From IMG/VR virus record IMGVR_UViG_3300033121_001553, positions 96,001 through 160,000 of that record: DNA of 64,000 bases. The stretch is one strand, 5' to 3'. A program made the translations under genes and the position numbers. The DNA comes from a virus (taxonomy: Duplodnaviria; Caudoviricetes). Numbering within the stretch: the stretch's first letter is position 1; every line of letters begins with the position of its first letter. Positions 52,056 through 61,247 of the stretch are shown here, one piece after another. The notes under the pieces are model-generated. The model saw nothing but the letters and a program-made list of their open reading frames with translations. It was not told the DNA's origin and searched no databases.

Positions 52056-53350
52056 TAACGGATACACCCGACAAGTCACGTCATAAGGCAACGATAACAA
52101 AAAAATTGCGTGAGCAGATAGCTTCGTACGCTGGAAGCGATAAAGTTTTTTTGGAGCTGGGGTGCGATGTTGGTTACACATCTATTGCGCTTGCCGACAG
52201 TTTTGGTAAGCTACATGCTTACGATATTGAGCGATGGAAAATAGAAGAATGCAGAAAAAATGCTTCTAAATTTAACAAAGCAAATATTGAATTTCATAAC
52301 AAGAAAACGACCGACATATCGACAGGTCATTACGACGTTATTCTGATAGATGCGAATCACGAGTACAAAAATGTAAAACGTGACTATGAAGCAGCACTTT
52401 CTGCAAATACGTCAAATGACTACATCGTCATATTTCACGACTACGGACTTGTTGAAGCAGGCGTAAAAAAATTCGTTCAAGAAATTGGCGGATATGAGCT
52501 GATCGGAGAAAAAGAAAATTGGAATCCTCATGGCGGTAAAGTCAATGACTATGAGGCAGCCATTGTAAAAGTAAAAAAAAAGATTGAAGTCGTTACAGAC
52601 GGTGGACCAAAAATATTTGTCGGTACAGCATATTCGTGTGAAAATGAATTTGACGAGTGCGTCAAAAGAATTAATTCGCAAGAGCAGGTAACGATAGTTG
52701 AACATAAAATTGTTAGTGGCCAAGGCGTGCTAGAAGCTCTTAGCGCTCTCTACAGTAGATGGAATGAGCTAAAAACTGAATGCGACATGTTTGTACAAGT
52801 TGACGCAGACATGGTTATTAAAAGAAATGATCTATTCAAGTGCGCTTGGCAACAGTTTAAACACAATACGCAAGGCTGCAACTACATGCAGCTAACAGTC
52901 TACGATCATTTCACTATGTCTGAGATAGGCGGAATGAATTTCTACAGACCAAGCGTTGTGTTTCCGCAACCTAAAAATCGTCTTGGACCAGATAAAGAAA
53001 CGCTAGATAAAAAGCAGCTGCGTAACTCTAACAATCTGATCTCGTCTGCAGCCGATCATTGCCCGAATCCAAACGAAATTCAGTCATTTCATTATGGCTG
53101 GCATCGTCGACTAAGACAAAAGTACGAGATTGAAAATTCGATTCAAAATGCTGTAAAACGTCATAAAACAGACAAACTTGTAGATATGCGCATTTGGGCA
53201 TTGCTCGGTATAAAATTTGCAGCAGCTCACGCAAAGTCAAAAATAGAAAATAAGCTTGAGCACGTCGACTACTCGAATCAGCATTTCATGAATGCATTTG
53301 AAGAAGCAAAATCGCAGTTTGACTCGTTCAAGAAAGAGATGCTAAAGTGA
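52052..53350 (+). CDS. Class I SAM methyltransferase fused to a GT2-like domain
   Basis: LELGCDVG, ILIDANHEY, IFHDYG; second domain VQVDADM. Confidence 0.75.
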   Translation: MITDTPDKSRHKATITKKLREQIASYAGSDKVFLELGCDVGYTSIALADSFGKLHAYDIERWKIEECRKNASKFNKANIEFHNKKTTDISTGHYDVILIDANHEYKNVKRDYEAALSANTSNDYIVIFHDYGLVEAGVKKFVQEIGGYELIGEKENWNPHGGKVNDYEAAIVKVKKKIEVVTDGGPKIFVGTAYSCENEFDECVKRINSQEQVTIVEHKIVSGQGVLEALSALYSRWNELKTECDMFVQVDADMVIKRNDLFKCAWQQFKHNTQGCNYMQLTVYDHFTMSEIGGMNFYRPSVVFPQPKNRLGPDKETLDKKQLRNSNNLISSAADHCPNPNEIQSFHYGWHRRLRQKYEIENSIQNAVKRHKTDKLVDMRIWALLGIKFAAAHAKSKIENKLEHVDYSNQHFMNAFEEAKSQFDSFKKEMLK

Positions 53351-54447
53351 GCGATAGAGAACATCACGAAGAACTTACACAGCTGTATTCTACGTGGGGA
53401 GACAAGCTGCTGCAGCACGCAGATCGCTTGAATGAAATTCAAAATGAACGTGTTATCAGACCAATAACAATTCAGATATCTCCGACAGAAGGCTGTCAAA
53501 GTAGCTGTCCATTCTGCAGCGTTTCTGGTCGACCGTTGAACGCGTACATGCCATACGCAAAAATTGTCAAGCTGCTCGAAGACTTCAAGTCGCTTGGTGC
53601 AAAAAGCATTGAGCTAACGGGCGGCGGTAATCCGCTGCTTTACAAAGATCGTGTAACGAAACAAAACATTAATGACGTTATTTCTACAGCACATTCACTT
53701 GGCTACGAAATAGGAATAATCACAAATTCAGAAAAACTAACTGTTATCGACAAACAGCATTATGATAAAATAAGTTGGATACGCATTAGTCTAATACGAC
53801 TAGATGAAGGATGCGAACCAGAAGACTACGACTTTAAAGATTTTCCATACGAGAAGCTAGGATTTTCTTACATCGTTTACGATGAATGTGCGAGTGATCC
53901 TGTAAGAAAGCGTTACTACGAAGGCACATCTGAGTCTACAATTGCAAAAATAGCGAAGCTAGTAGAGCTTCATAGTGGAAAGATAAAATTCGTACGTTTT
54001 GCTGGCGACTGTCTCATAAAGGGAAATAACTCGCTTGTACGACGTAAGTTCGGCGATGTCATTCAGTCGAATGACACATACAAGAAATTTTTTCTAAAGA
54101 CCATTGATACGAATGACGATGCATTTAAACATGGATGCTATGTGGGTATGATACGACCGTACATTGCACCAGCACCAGATGGTAGCGGATACAATGTTTA
54201 CATCTGTACTTCGCATGTTCTTAACAGTAGAACTTACGACAAAGACTACTCATTGTGCAGCGTAGATAACGTGATTGAAGCGTGGAATGATATGAATAAG
54301 TCGTTCCGTAGCAATGGTTACCCATACAGCGTACGTGGTAACTGCGGCAAAAATTGGAATGAAACATGCAAGTATTGTTATTACTCAAATAACAACAAAT
54401 TGTTGCATACTGTTGCAAACGAAATGCCAGATAAAAATTTCCCATGA
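53347..54447 (+). CDS. Radical SAM protein with SPASM/Twitch-like C-terminus
   Basis: CQSSCPFC, LTGGGNP, ITN; C-terminal Cys cluster (GCY, ICT, CKYC). Confidence 0.85.
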   Translation: MSDREHHEELTQLYSTWGDKLLQHADRLNEIQNERVIRPITIQISPTEGCQSSCPFCSVSGRPLNAYMPYAKIVKLLEDFKSLGAKSIELTGGGNPLLYKDRVTKQNINDVISTAHSLGYEIGIITNSEKLTVIDKQHYDKISWIRISLIRLDEGCEPEDYDFKDFPYEKLGFSYIVYDECASDPVRKRYYEGTSESTIAKIAKLVELHSGKIKFVRFAGDCLIKGNNSLVRRKFGDVIQSNDTYKKFFLKTIDTNDDAFKHGCYVGMIRPYIAPAPDGSGYNVYICTSHVLNSRTYDKDYSLCSVDNVIEAWNDMNKSFRSNGYPYSVRGNCGKNWNETCKYCYYSNNNKLLHTVANEMPDKNFP

Positions 54448-55055
54448 GCCCATATAACGAATCTTACTACACTCAAAAAAACTACATTAGCTATCTTGAA
54501 CGACGAGAACGTTACACAAGAATGATAAATGAGCTCAACGATAGACTAATAAAGCCACTTGCGCTCGATAAGTTCTTGAAGCATGGTACGATCGTCGACT
54601 ATGGCTGCGGCGTTGGATTTTCAACAAAAGCTCTTATTGAAATCGGTTACAAGGCTATTGGCTACGATCCTTCTGTGTGGGCTGTGGAATGGGGTAAAAA
54701 AAATCTTGGTCTCAAGGGTACAGAGATAACAGATAAAAAAAATGAGATTCCTGGTCATTGTTCACTTATGCTTTCATTCGACGTATTTGAGCACATGTCC
54801 AGCGACGAAATAGCTGATACATTGGCGTACTTTTCGCCGATATACTTGCTTGTTCGCATACCTCTTGCAAATACCGACAACGGAGATTATGTTCTGAGTG
54901 TATCAGAAAATGATCCAACGCATATTATGCGTCTAACGCGTAGCTCGTGGAATCTTCTGCTACGTGAATGTAGATACGAATGGCTCTACGACGTAAATCT
55001 TACAATGTTTTACGATAGCGACGGTGTAATGTGTTCAATGTACAGAAAATATTTA
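54444..55055 (+). CDS. Class I SAM methyltransferase, TTA stop
   Basis: VDYGCGVG, GYDPS, FDVFEHM. Confidence 0.8.
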
Positions 55056-55075
55056 AAGTGATGCAAGAGGTAAAA

Positions 55076-56149
55076 ATGTCGAACGTCAAACCATCTATTG
55101 CTGTTATTGGTCAAGGCTTTGTCGGAGGTTCTCTTGCGACTGTTTTCGCTGAACGTGGATTCGATGTCTACGTTTACGATATCGCAGGAAAGTCAGCACC
55201 TGGCGCAGTAGAAAAAAAGTTCAATTCTGTACATGAGCTTGTAACAGCTTGTATCGCTACACCAGGTTTTAGCGGCGTTTATTTTCTTTGCGTTCCGACT
55301 CCAATGAATGTAGATGGCAGTGCAGATCTCAGCATTGTACAGTCAGCGCTTTACGAAGTTGTAGCATCGAATAAGCATCGTGCAGACGTCTGTAAGACTG
55401 TTGTTATCAAGTCAACGATACCGCCCGGAACAACAGAAACATTTAATCGTGATCTTGAAGTCACAAATACAAAAGTAGTCTTTAGCCCAGAATTTCTGAC
55501 AGAAGCTAACGCGCTTGACGATATGAGAGAACAGTCAAGAATTATTCTTGGTGGACCGCGACCGTATATCAATACTGTAAAACAAGTATTTTTGAAGGCT
55601 TTTCCAACACGTCCAATTATTAAAACAAATAGCACAACTGCTGAAATGGTAAAATATTTCACCAATATACAGCTCGCCGCAAGAGTTGTATTGAGTTGTG
55701 AACTTGCTGAGATTTGTGAGTTGCTCGATAAGCGCGGATACAACATCGACTACGATAAGGTTCTAGAGTATGCGAAGTACGATGAGAGACTAGGTAATAG
55801 TCATATGAATGTCCCAGGAAATGATGGAATTCCTGGTGCACGTGGCCACTGCGTAATTGCTGGTACAGTTGTTAAAATGCGTAATGACGTAAACGGTAAA
55901 AATGTAGAAAATTTGAAAGCACTAGATGAAATTGATAGCTGCGATGCGTTGCTTACGCAGAATGAATCGAAATATGTAAAATCAGCATCAATGCGAAAAT
56001 ACAATGGTATGGTTTATACATTTGTCGTTGGCGATAAACGTGTAACATGCACACCAGAGCATATACTGCCAGTATATAGAGACGGTAAGATCGTTCTATC
56101 ACGCGCCGAAGACATTACAACATCTGATGAACTATTTGTTGCAGAATGA
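55076..56149 (+). CDS. ugd: UDP-glucose 6-dehydrogenase N-part + N-terminal split intein
   Basis: IGQGFVG, CVPTP, IKSTIPPGT, FSPEFL, AEMVKY; then GH|CVIAGTVV (block A) and TCTPEHIL (block B); GAGG SD. Confidence 0.9.
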   Translation: MSNVKPSIAVIGQGFVGGSLATVFAERGFDVYVYDIAGKSAPGAVEKKFNSVHELVTACIATPGFSGVYFLCVPTPMNVDGSADLSIVQSALYEVVASNKHRADVCKTVVIKSTIPPGTTETFNRDLEVTNTKVVFSPEFLTEANALDDMREQSRIILGGPRPYINTVKQVFLKAFPTRPIIKTNSTTAEMVKYFTNIQLAARVVLSCELAEICELLDKRGYNIDYDKVLEYAKYDERLGNSHMNVPGNDGIPGARGHCVIAGTVVKMRNDVNGKNVENLKALDEIDSCDALLTQNESKYVKSASMRKYNGMVYTFVVGDKRVTCTPEHILPVYRDGKIVLSRAEDITTSDELFVAE

Positions 56150-56980
56150 AAAATTCACAAGTCGAAATTACATGTAAATTCTGTAATACTATTTTCTCTG
56201 TTGAATACAAACATAGAAAAAAAGTATTTTGCAATCGCAAATGCATGAATCTTTATTACAGAGGTGAAAATTCAACCTCGTTTGGTAAAACGTATAGAAC
56301 AAAAGAAACACATCCAGAATGGGCAAAAAAGGTATCAGATACGCATAAGCTGCGTAGAACATTGGTCGATAACAATCCAATGAAAAATCCTGATATTGCA
56401 AAAAAAGCAAGCGAAACAAGAAAAAAACTTTTGCAAGATCCTGCAAAACGTAAAATCATTGCAGATGCAATGAGAAAAGCGTGGGCAGACGGTAAATTTG
56501 CAAATGTTAATGTTGGAAAATGTAAATGGTTTTCATTCACAAAACGCAACGGTGAAATATGTAAAGTTCAGGGCAAGTGGGAATTGGCTTATGCAAAATG
56601 GCTTGACGAAAATCATATCAACTTCAAAACGCATATTGGAAGATTTCAATATGCGTTTGATGATGGTACGATAAGAAATTACTACCCTGATTTTTATCTT
56701 GTTGATGATGATCGTTACGTTGAAATTAAAAATGCATATCATCATAGCATCAATAAAAATAAAATTGATGCTGTTCGTTCGATGAATCCTAACGTTAGGA
56801 TTGATCTATTGTTTAAAGATGACTTGGTAGAGCTAGGTGTATTCAATGATAACAAAGAAAAAAATTGAAAAAATTTTGATAGAAAATTATGTTGGTGATG
56901 TTTACAACATAGAAGTTGTATCAAATGATGACGCAAATGATGATCTGTACTGGATTTGCAACGGTATCGTTGTGCATAAC
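55850..56980 (+). mobile_element. Split intein (IntN 55850-56146, IntC 56846-56980) with intervening free-standing endonuclease
   Basis: C1 at 55850; VYNIEV...NGIVVHN|C at 56980/56981. Confidence 0.88.
56146..56868 (+). CDS. Free-standing homing-type endonuclease (Zn finger + NUMOD-like + PD-(D/E)xK)
   Basis: CKFC..FCNRKC, NPMKNP, QGKWE, YYPDFYL...YVEIK. Confidence 0.8.
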   Translation: MKNSQVEITCKFCNTIFSVEYKHRKKVFCNRKCMNLYYRGENSTSFGKTYRTKETHPEWAKKVSDTHKLRRTLVDNNPMKNPDIAKKASETRKKLLQDPAKRKIIADAMRKAWADGKFANVNVGKCKWFSFTKRNGEICKVQGKWELAYAKWLDENHINFKTHIGRFQYAFDDGTIRNYYPDFYLVDDDRYVEIKNAYHHSINKNKIDAVRSMNPNVRIDLLFKDDLVELGVFNDNKEKN

Positions 56981-57139
56981 TGCTTTCCCAAAGACCTTAA
57001 TGCGCTTATCGCAAAAGCAAAAGAAGTTGGCCATAGCGCAAAATTGCTAAGTGCAATAAATGAACGTAATCTTGAAATTGTAAAACCTGAGCATCGTGAC
57101 TGGGAACGTATGCTTGGTAGAGCAGTCACAAAAAAATAA
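56846..57139 (+). CDS. ugd: C-terminal split intein + UGDH C-extein
   Basis: AGGTG SD; MITKKKIEKI...VYNIEV...VVHN|CFPKDLNAL (UGDH catalytic Cys motif). Confidence 0.9.
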   Translation: MITKKKIEKILIENYVGDVYNIEVVSNDDANDDLYWICNGIVVHNCFPKDLNALIAKAKEVGHSAKLLSAINERNLEIVKPEHRDWERMLGRAVTKK

Positions 57140-57508
57140 CTTATCTATCTCGTTCATAAATGATTTCGCAATTTGTTGAGGGGAAAGTTCGAATAGTTCT
57201 ACTTCATCAAATTGCGAAATGTATCTCATAAGATCGTTTACGTTGAATGACTTACCTGACTTACTAAGGTAATTTCTTACTTGAACGAATTTATTTCTTT
57301 TTGGATCATTTCCGCGAAGATTGATTTCTTCTTCATCTGCTTCTATATTTGCAGCGCTGTGAGCCCAACCGATTGGTTTTCTACCGTAACTTGGTGGCAG
57401 CATTGTTGCTTTTGATGGTGGAACAGTTGGGTCATCTGATGCTTCCATATAAAGCTGGACGTATTCTTTGATAAGCCTTCTGATTTTTGCTTTGTCATTT
57501 GTAAACAT
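57137..57508 (-). CDS. Hypothetical protein, TTA stop shared with the opposing TAA
   Basis: GAGG SD; IRRLIKEYVQ N-terminus resembles the head-module proteins. Confidence 0.65.
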
Positions 57509-57620
57509 TTTAGCTACCTCTTATATTTATGGTCATGCATTAGGTTCATTCAAGAGGCCCTCCAAATTTTTGCGCCGTAAAGTTGTGTATAACTTGTTGT
57601 TGTGAATTTTGGAGGATAAG

Positions 57621-57932
57621 ATGAAAAAGTATGAATATTTGTATGCGTATGCTAGAAATTTGATTAGAGCAGAACTACGTGGTATTGAATTGACTGCAAA
57701 GTCAATAAAACGACGTAAAGCAAAAAAAGATTTGTTGCTCTCATGCCGTGCTAGGAATTTGATTCTTGCTCGAGCATTTTTGCTTGGTAAGAATTATTTG
57801 CAAGCAGAACGTAAAGCAAAAATCTCTCCAGTCCCTGAGGAAATATCAAAAACGATTAGAAGCTATTTCCCGAATGCTGTAATGTGTCCAACAAGCGAAG
57901 AGATACGGCAATGGATGAAAAGCTGTATATTA
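57621..57932 (+). CDS. Small basic phage protein, TTA stop
   Basis: GGAGG SD; ARNLILARAFLLGKNYLQAE; TTA removes 135 nt of overlap with the Pth gene. Confidence 0.65.
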
Positions 57933-58225
57933 TCGTTCGTAAGGATCTGCCATACGGCGCGCAGTTTGCTCAAGCGATACACGCTGTTGCAGAATTTGCA
58001 ATTGAGCATAACGATCTTTATCGCGAATGGCATTCGACAACAAATACAGTTGTTGTGCTTAGCGTAAAAGATGAAACAGAATTGTTGAAAATTCAACAGC
58101 TTTCTATTGAAAATGGAATCGCGCATTCTCTTTTTAGAGAACCAGACTACTCTGGTTCTGCGACTTCAATTGCGTTGAAATCAAAGAAAATAAAATTTCT
58201 AAACAGACTCAAGCTCGCAAATTTA
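57911..58225 (+). CDS. Peptidyl-tRNA hydrolase 2-like protein, TTA-TGA stop
   Basis: KLYIIVRKDL..GAQFAQAIHA...VVVL...FREPD...TSIAL. Confidence 0.75.
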
Positions 58226-58236
58226 TGAGTCTGATA

Positions 58237-58307
58237 GCGTCATTTGCGTAGTGGCAACGCAGTTGATTCTAAATCGACTTACGCGGGTTCGATTCCCGCA
58301 TGACGCA
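58237..58307 (+). tRNA. tRNA with CUA anticodon (amber suppressor)
   Basis: Acceptor GCGTCAT/ATGACGC, D stem GCGT/ACGC with AGTGG, anticodon stem GTTGA/TCGAC with loop TT-CTA-AA, T arm GCGGG-TTCGATT-CCCGC, discriminator A, no encoded CCA. Confidence 0.9.
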
Positions 58308-58309
58308 CG

Positions 58310-58768
58310 ATGAACTACATCGAACTAATTGTTGGCGATCCATTTAAACGTGGTCATGCGATGAAGTCAACTGTTCGTGTTGAATGCACGCAAGATGCAT
58401 TCGCTGTCTCGTCTGCATATAAAGAAGGATGCGCAGTAGTGGGATTCGATATAACAGAAGAATACAGTTCAGATGACTCGAACGAAGTTATATCTGAAGA
58501 GCGCGTTGAAATACTCAAGTCGATAGATTTTGCTGGCGTTATCTTTCACGATAAAGATGGATTGTATCGACTGTCACCACGCAGTTACGCAGAAATTTAT
58601 ATGTTTATCGCTAACATCGGAGACAGTAGCATAAAGTACAAAGTTCTGAATGATCCTGACTACAAACTTGAAATTGGCGGTTACGGAATTTTTAACAAAG
58701 TAGCACGTCAAGAAAATGTAGAAGTTGAATTCAAAGATCCAGAACGATCGAAAAAACGTAACAAATGA
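58310..58768 (+). CDS. Hypothetical protein
   Basis: 152-aa ORF; LIVGDPFKRGH...IGGYGIF. Confidence 0.65.
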   Translation: MNYIELIVGDPFKRGHAMKSTVRVECTQDAFAVSSAYKEGCAVVGFDITEEYSSDDSNEVISEERVEILKSIDFAGVIFHDKDGLYRLSPRSYAEIYMFIANIGDSSIKYKVLNDPDYKLEIGGYGIFNKVARQENVEVEFKDPERSKKRNK

Positions 58769-58923
58769 TGAATGTTCATGTTCACTGCAACGACTGCGGT
58801 CGTGCTGTTGAACAACGCGATACGTGGCGTTGTTTGTGGTGTTATCGTACGATCTGCGCGTATTGCTATATTTTTCACAGTACAGAAATGCATGGTGACA
58901 AATACATAAAACGCGATAAATTA
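58765..58923 (+). CDS. Small Cys-rich Zn-finger protein, TTA stop
   Basis: CNDC..CLWC..CAYC..H; in-frame TTA at 58921. Confidence 0.5.
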
Positions 58924-58929
58924 ATATGC

Positions 58930-59178
58930 GTGAATTGGACCGTTAGCGACAATTACGCAAAAGCAGCTGTTGCTGCGTGTAAAGCTACTCCTGATGCTGT
59001 TGAATCGATACTACGAGAAAAACACGGCGGTTGGAGTAGACTGATAGCGAAGATGCAAAAAGAGAATCAAGAGCTAACATGCGTTGCTAGCTGTTGGATG
59101 GCCATTCGCGATGTTATAGAAGAAATCAAACGAATAAAGGCGATGAATGCAACAACAGACAACGGAAAAAAAACTTAG
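58930..59178 (+). CDS. Hypothetical protein; only TAG-ending gene seen
   Basis: In-frame GTG after the TTA; second half of the track ORF 58765-59178. Confidence 0.4.
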   Translation: MNWTVSDNYAKAAVAACKATPDAVESILREKHGGWSRLIAKMQKENQELTCVASCWMAIRDVIEEIKRIKAMNATTDNGKKT

Positions 59179-59938
59179 AGTACTACCAACGCTAAAGTCG
59201 CACATCTCATTCAGCGAAATGAGAGAGTGGAATGAGTGTCCGCACAGACATTACATTTCTCAAGTGAAAAAACTCATGCCACCTCAAAATTCTGAGGAGC
59301 TTGTAGTTGGTAAACTCATACATGCTGCGATTGAAAATAAGTTTACGAATGGTACTAAGTCGATCTCAGAGCTTGTTCAAGAGTGCATTGAGTTGAACAA
59401 AGAATACGAGCTAGACTACATAACGCTTACAGAGTCTTGCGAAAAAGCGACAACGTCTGCTTACAACTGCATAGCGGAAAAAATAAAGAATTTTCGTGTT
59501 CACTCTGTTGAAGAACAGTTGTATGAAATAATTGATGATGAAAAATACAATGATGTAGCATTCAACGGTTACATTGACGCTGTATTTTACGATGTTGATA
59601 ACGATGTGTATTGGATAGTAGACTGGAAAACAACTCGTAGTGGCTGGAATTCGTACAAACGACTTGACGAAAAAACACATGCGCAGCTTGTCTACTACAG
59701 AAATTACTGGTCAAAAAAGCACAACGTGCCAGAGCATAAAGTACGTTGTGCTTTTGTGTTGCTATCAAAGTCTGGTTGGACAACAGAATTTTTCGAGATA
59801 CAGATGTCCGTACCAAAAACAGAACGCTGTCTATCAATGCTTAGAAGCACTGTTAATGGTATATCACGTGGGCTTGTTTTCAAAAACAAGCATTCATGTA
59901 CTTATTGCCCAATACGTTGGACAGAACTCTGCCCTTAA
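59147..59938 (+). CDS. PD-(D/E)xK RecB/Cas4-like exonuclease
   Basis: ISFSE..WNECP, GKLIHAAIE, GYIDAV, IVDWKT, QLVYY, CTYCP..ELCP. Confidence 0.85.
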   Translation: MQQQTTEKKLRVLPTLKSHISFSEMREWNECPHRHYISQVKKLMPPQNSEELVVGKLIHAAIENKFTNGTKSISELVQECIELNKEYELDYITLTESCEKATTSAYNCIAEKIKNFRVHSVEEQLYEIIDDEKYNDVAFNGYIDAVFYDVDNDVYWIVDWKTTRSGWNSYKRLDEKTHAQLVYYRNYWSKKHNVPEHKVRCAFVLLSKSGWTTEFFEIQMSVPKTERCLSMLRSTVNGISRGLVFKNKHSCTYCPIRWTELCP

Positions 59939-59981
59939 ATATCTTTGTACATTTGCTGCGCTTGCATTAAAAAGTAGATAA

Positions 59982-61247
59982 ATGCTACTCAAGCCAGCAA
60001 CGCAGCAACAGAAGTACAAGATAATGATGCTATCAGACCACCCGCTTTCTGTAAGCGGTGTTGGATGTCAAGCACGTTATCTGTCGATGGGACTAATCAA
60101 TACAGGAAAGTACACATTTCGTTGTCTTGGCGGCGCAATTAAGCATGAAAATTACGAAGTTGTAGCGCCGCATCCAGATATGATTATTAAGCCAGTCGAT
60201 GGATTTGGTACTCGCGAGATGCTACGTGTCTTTCTTGCGACTGAGAAACCTGACGCGGTTCTGCTTTTTACAGATCCGCGTTTTTTTATTTGGGTTTGGG
60301 AGATGGAAGACGAAGTGCACCAAGTCTGCCCGATAGTCTATAACCATCTCTGGGATAACTATCCGTGGCCAGACTTCAATAGAGTGCTCTATGAGTCTAC
60401 TGACTTGCTGAACTGTATAAATTGGCCGACGTATCAAATGTTGAAGGAGCGCTTTCCAGAGAAAACGCATTACGCGCCGCATGCGCTACCAACAGAGATA
60501 TTTCACACTATTCCAGATGAAGATGCTGCAGCTGTGCGTGATAGAATACTGAACGGGAAGAAAACAGAATTTCTGCTTACATGGGTTAGCAGAAACGCAA
60601 GAAGAAAACTTCCGTCGGATGTTATCGCATCTTGGAAACTATTTCTCGACGATCTTGAGTCAAAATACGGTCATAGAAACGCAAAGCTTCTTATGCATAC
60701 CGATCCGTACGATCAGGAAGGACCGAACCTTATTCATGTCGCTGGTATGCTAGGTGTTAATGACTCTGTTATTTTTTCAACAGAGAAAGCTTCATTTCAA
60801 GACATGAATGCGTTGTATAACGCATCAGATGCTTGCATCAATATTTCAAACGCAGAAGGATTCGGTCTTGGCATACTTGAGTCTCTGTATACTGGAACGC
60901 CGGTCATCGCTATCAAAACTGGCGGGCTAACACGACAAGTTGTAAATCCATACGATGGATTCATAAATGGCGTTGCACTAGAACCAGAAGTAAAGTCGCT
61001 AGTAGGCTCTCAGCTTGTGCCGTACATCTACGAAGACTACGTAAGTCATCGCTCTGTTGCTAACGGCATCATGCAGATGTACGAGTACGGTCCTGAAAAA
61101 CGAAAAGAGATCGGTAAGCGTGCAAAAGAATACGTCCTATCAGAGTACAGCATGAACAGACTCATAGAAACTTGGGACACGACGCTAGAAAATACAATAC
61201 TAAATTGGCGAGCGAACAGCAAGCGTTGGGAGATGATTAAGCTATGA
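59982..61247 (+). CDS. Glycosyltransferase family 4
   Basis: RNARRK, LYNASD, EGFGLGILES..GTPVI. Confidence 0.85.
   Translation: MLLKPATQQQKYKIMMLSDHPLSVSGVGCQARYLSMGLINTGKYTFRCLGGAIKHENYEVVAPHPDMIIKPVDGFGTREMLRVFLATEKPDAVLLFTDPRFFIWVWEMEDEVHQVCPIVYNHLWDNYPWPDFNRVLYESTDLLNCINWPTYQMLKERFPEKTHYAPHALPTEIFHTIPDEDAAAVRDRILNGKKTEFLLTWVSRNARRKLPSDVIASWKLFLDDLESKYGHRNAKLLMHTDPYDQEGPNLIHVAGMLGVNDSVIFSTEKASFQDMNALYNASDACINISNAEGFGLGILESLYTGTPVIAIKTGGLTRQVVNPYDGFINGVALEPEVKSLVGSQLVPYIYEDYVSHRSVANGIMQMYEYGPEKRKEIGKRAKEYVLSEYSMNRLIETWDTTLENTILNWRANSKRWEMIKL

Noticed and set aside
58237-58307. tRNA-Pyl
   Set aside because: Canonical D-loop GG, TTCGA T-loop, 5-bp anticodon stem and A73; no pyl genes in the window
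59147-59938. CRISPR-Cas locus (Cas4-like gene)
   Set aside because: No repeat-spacer array or other cas genes seen; solo PD-(D/E)xK nucleases are common in phages
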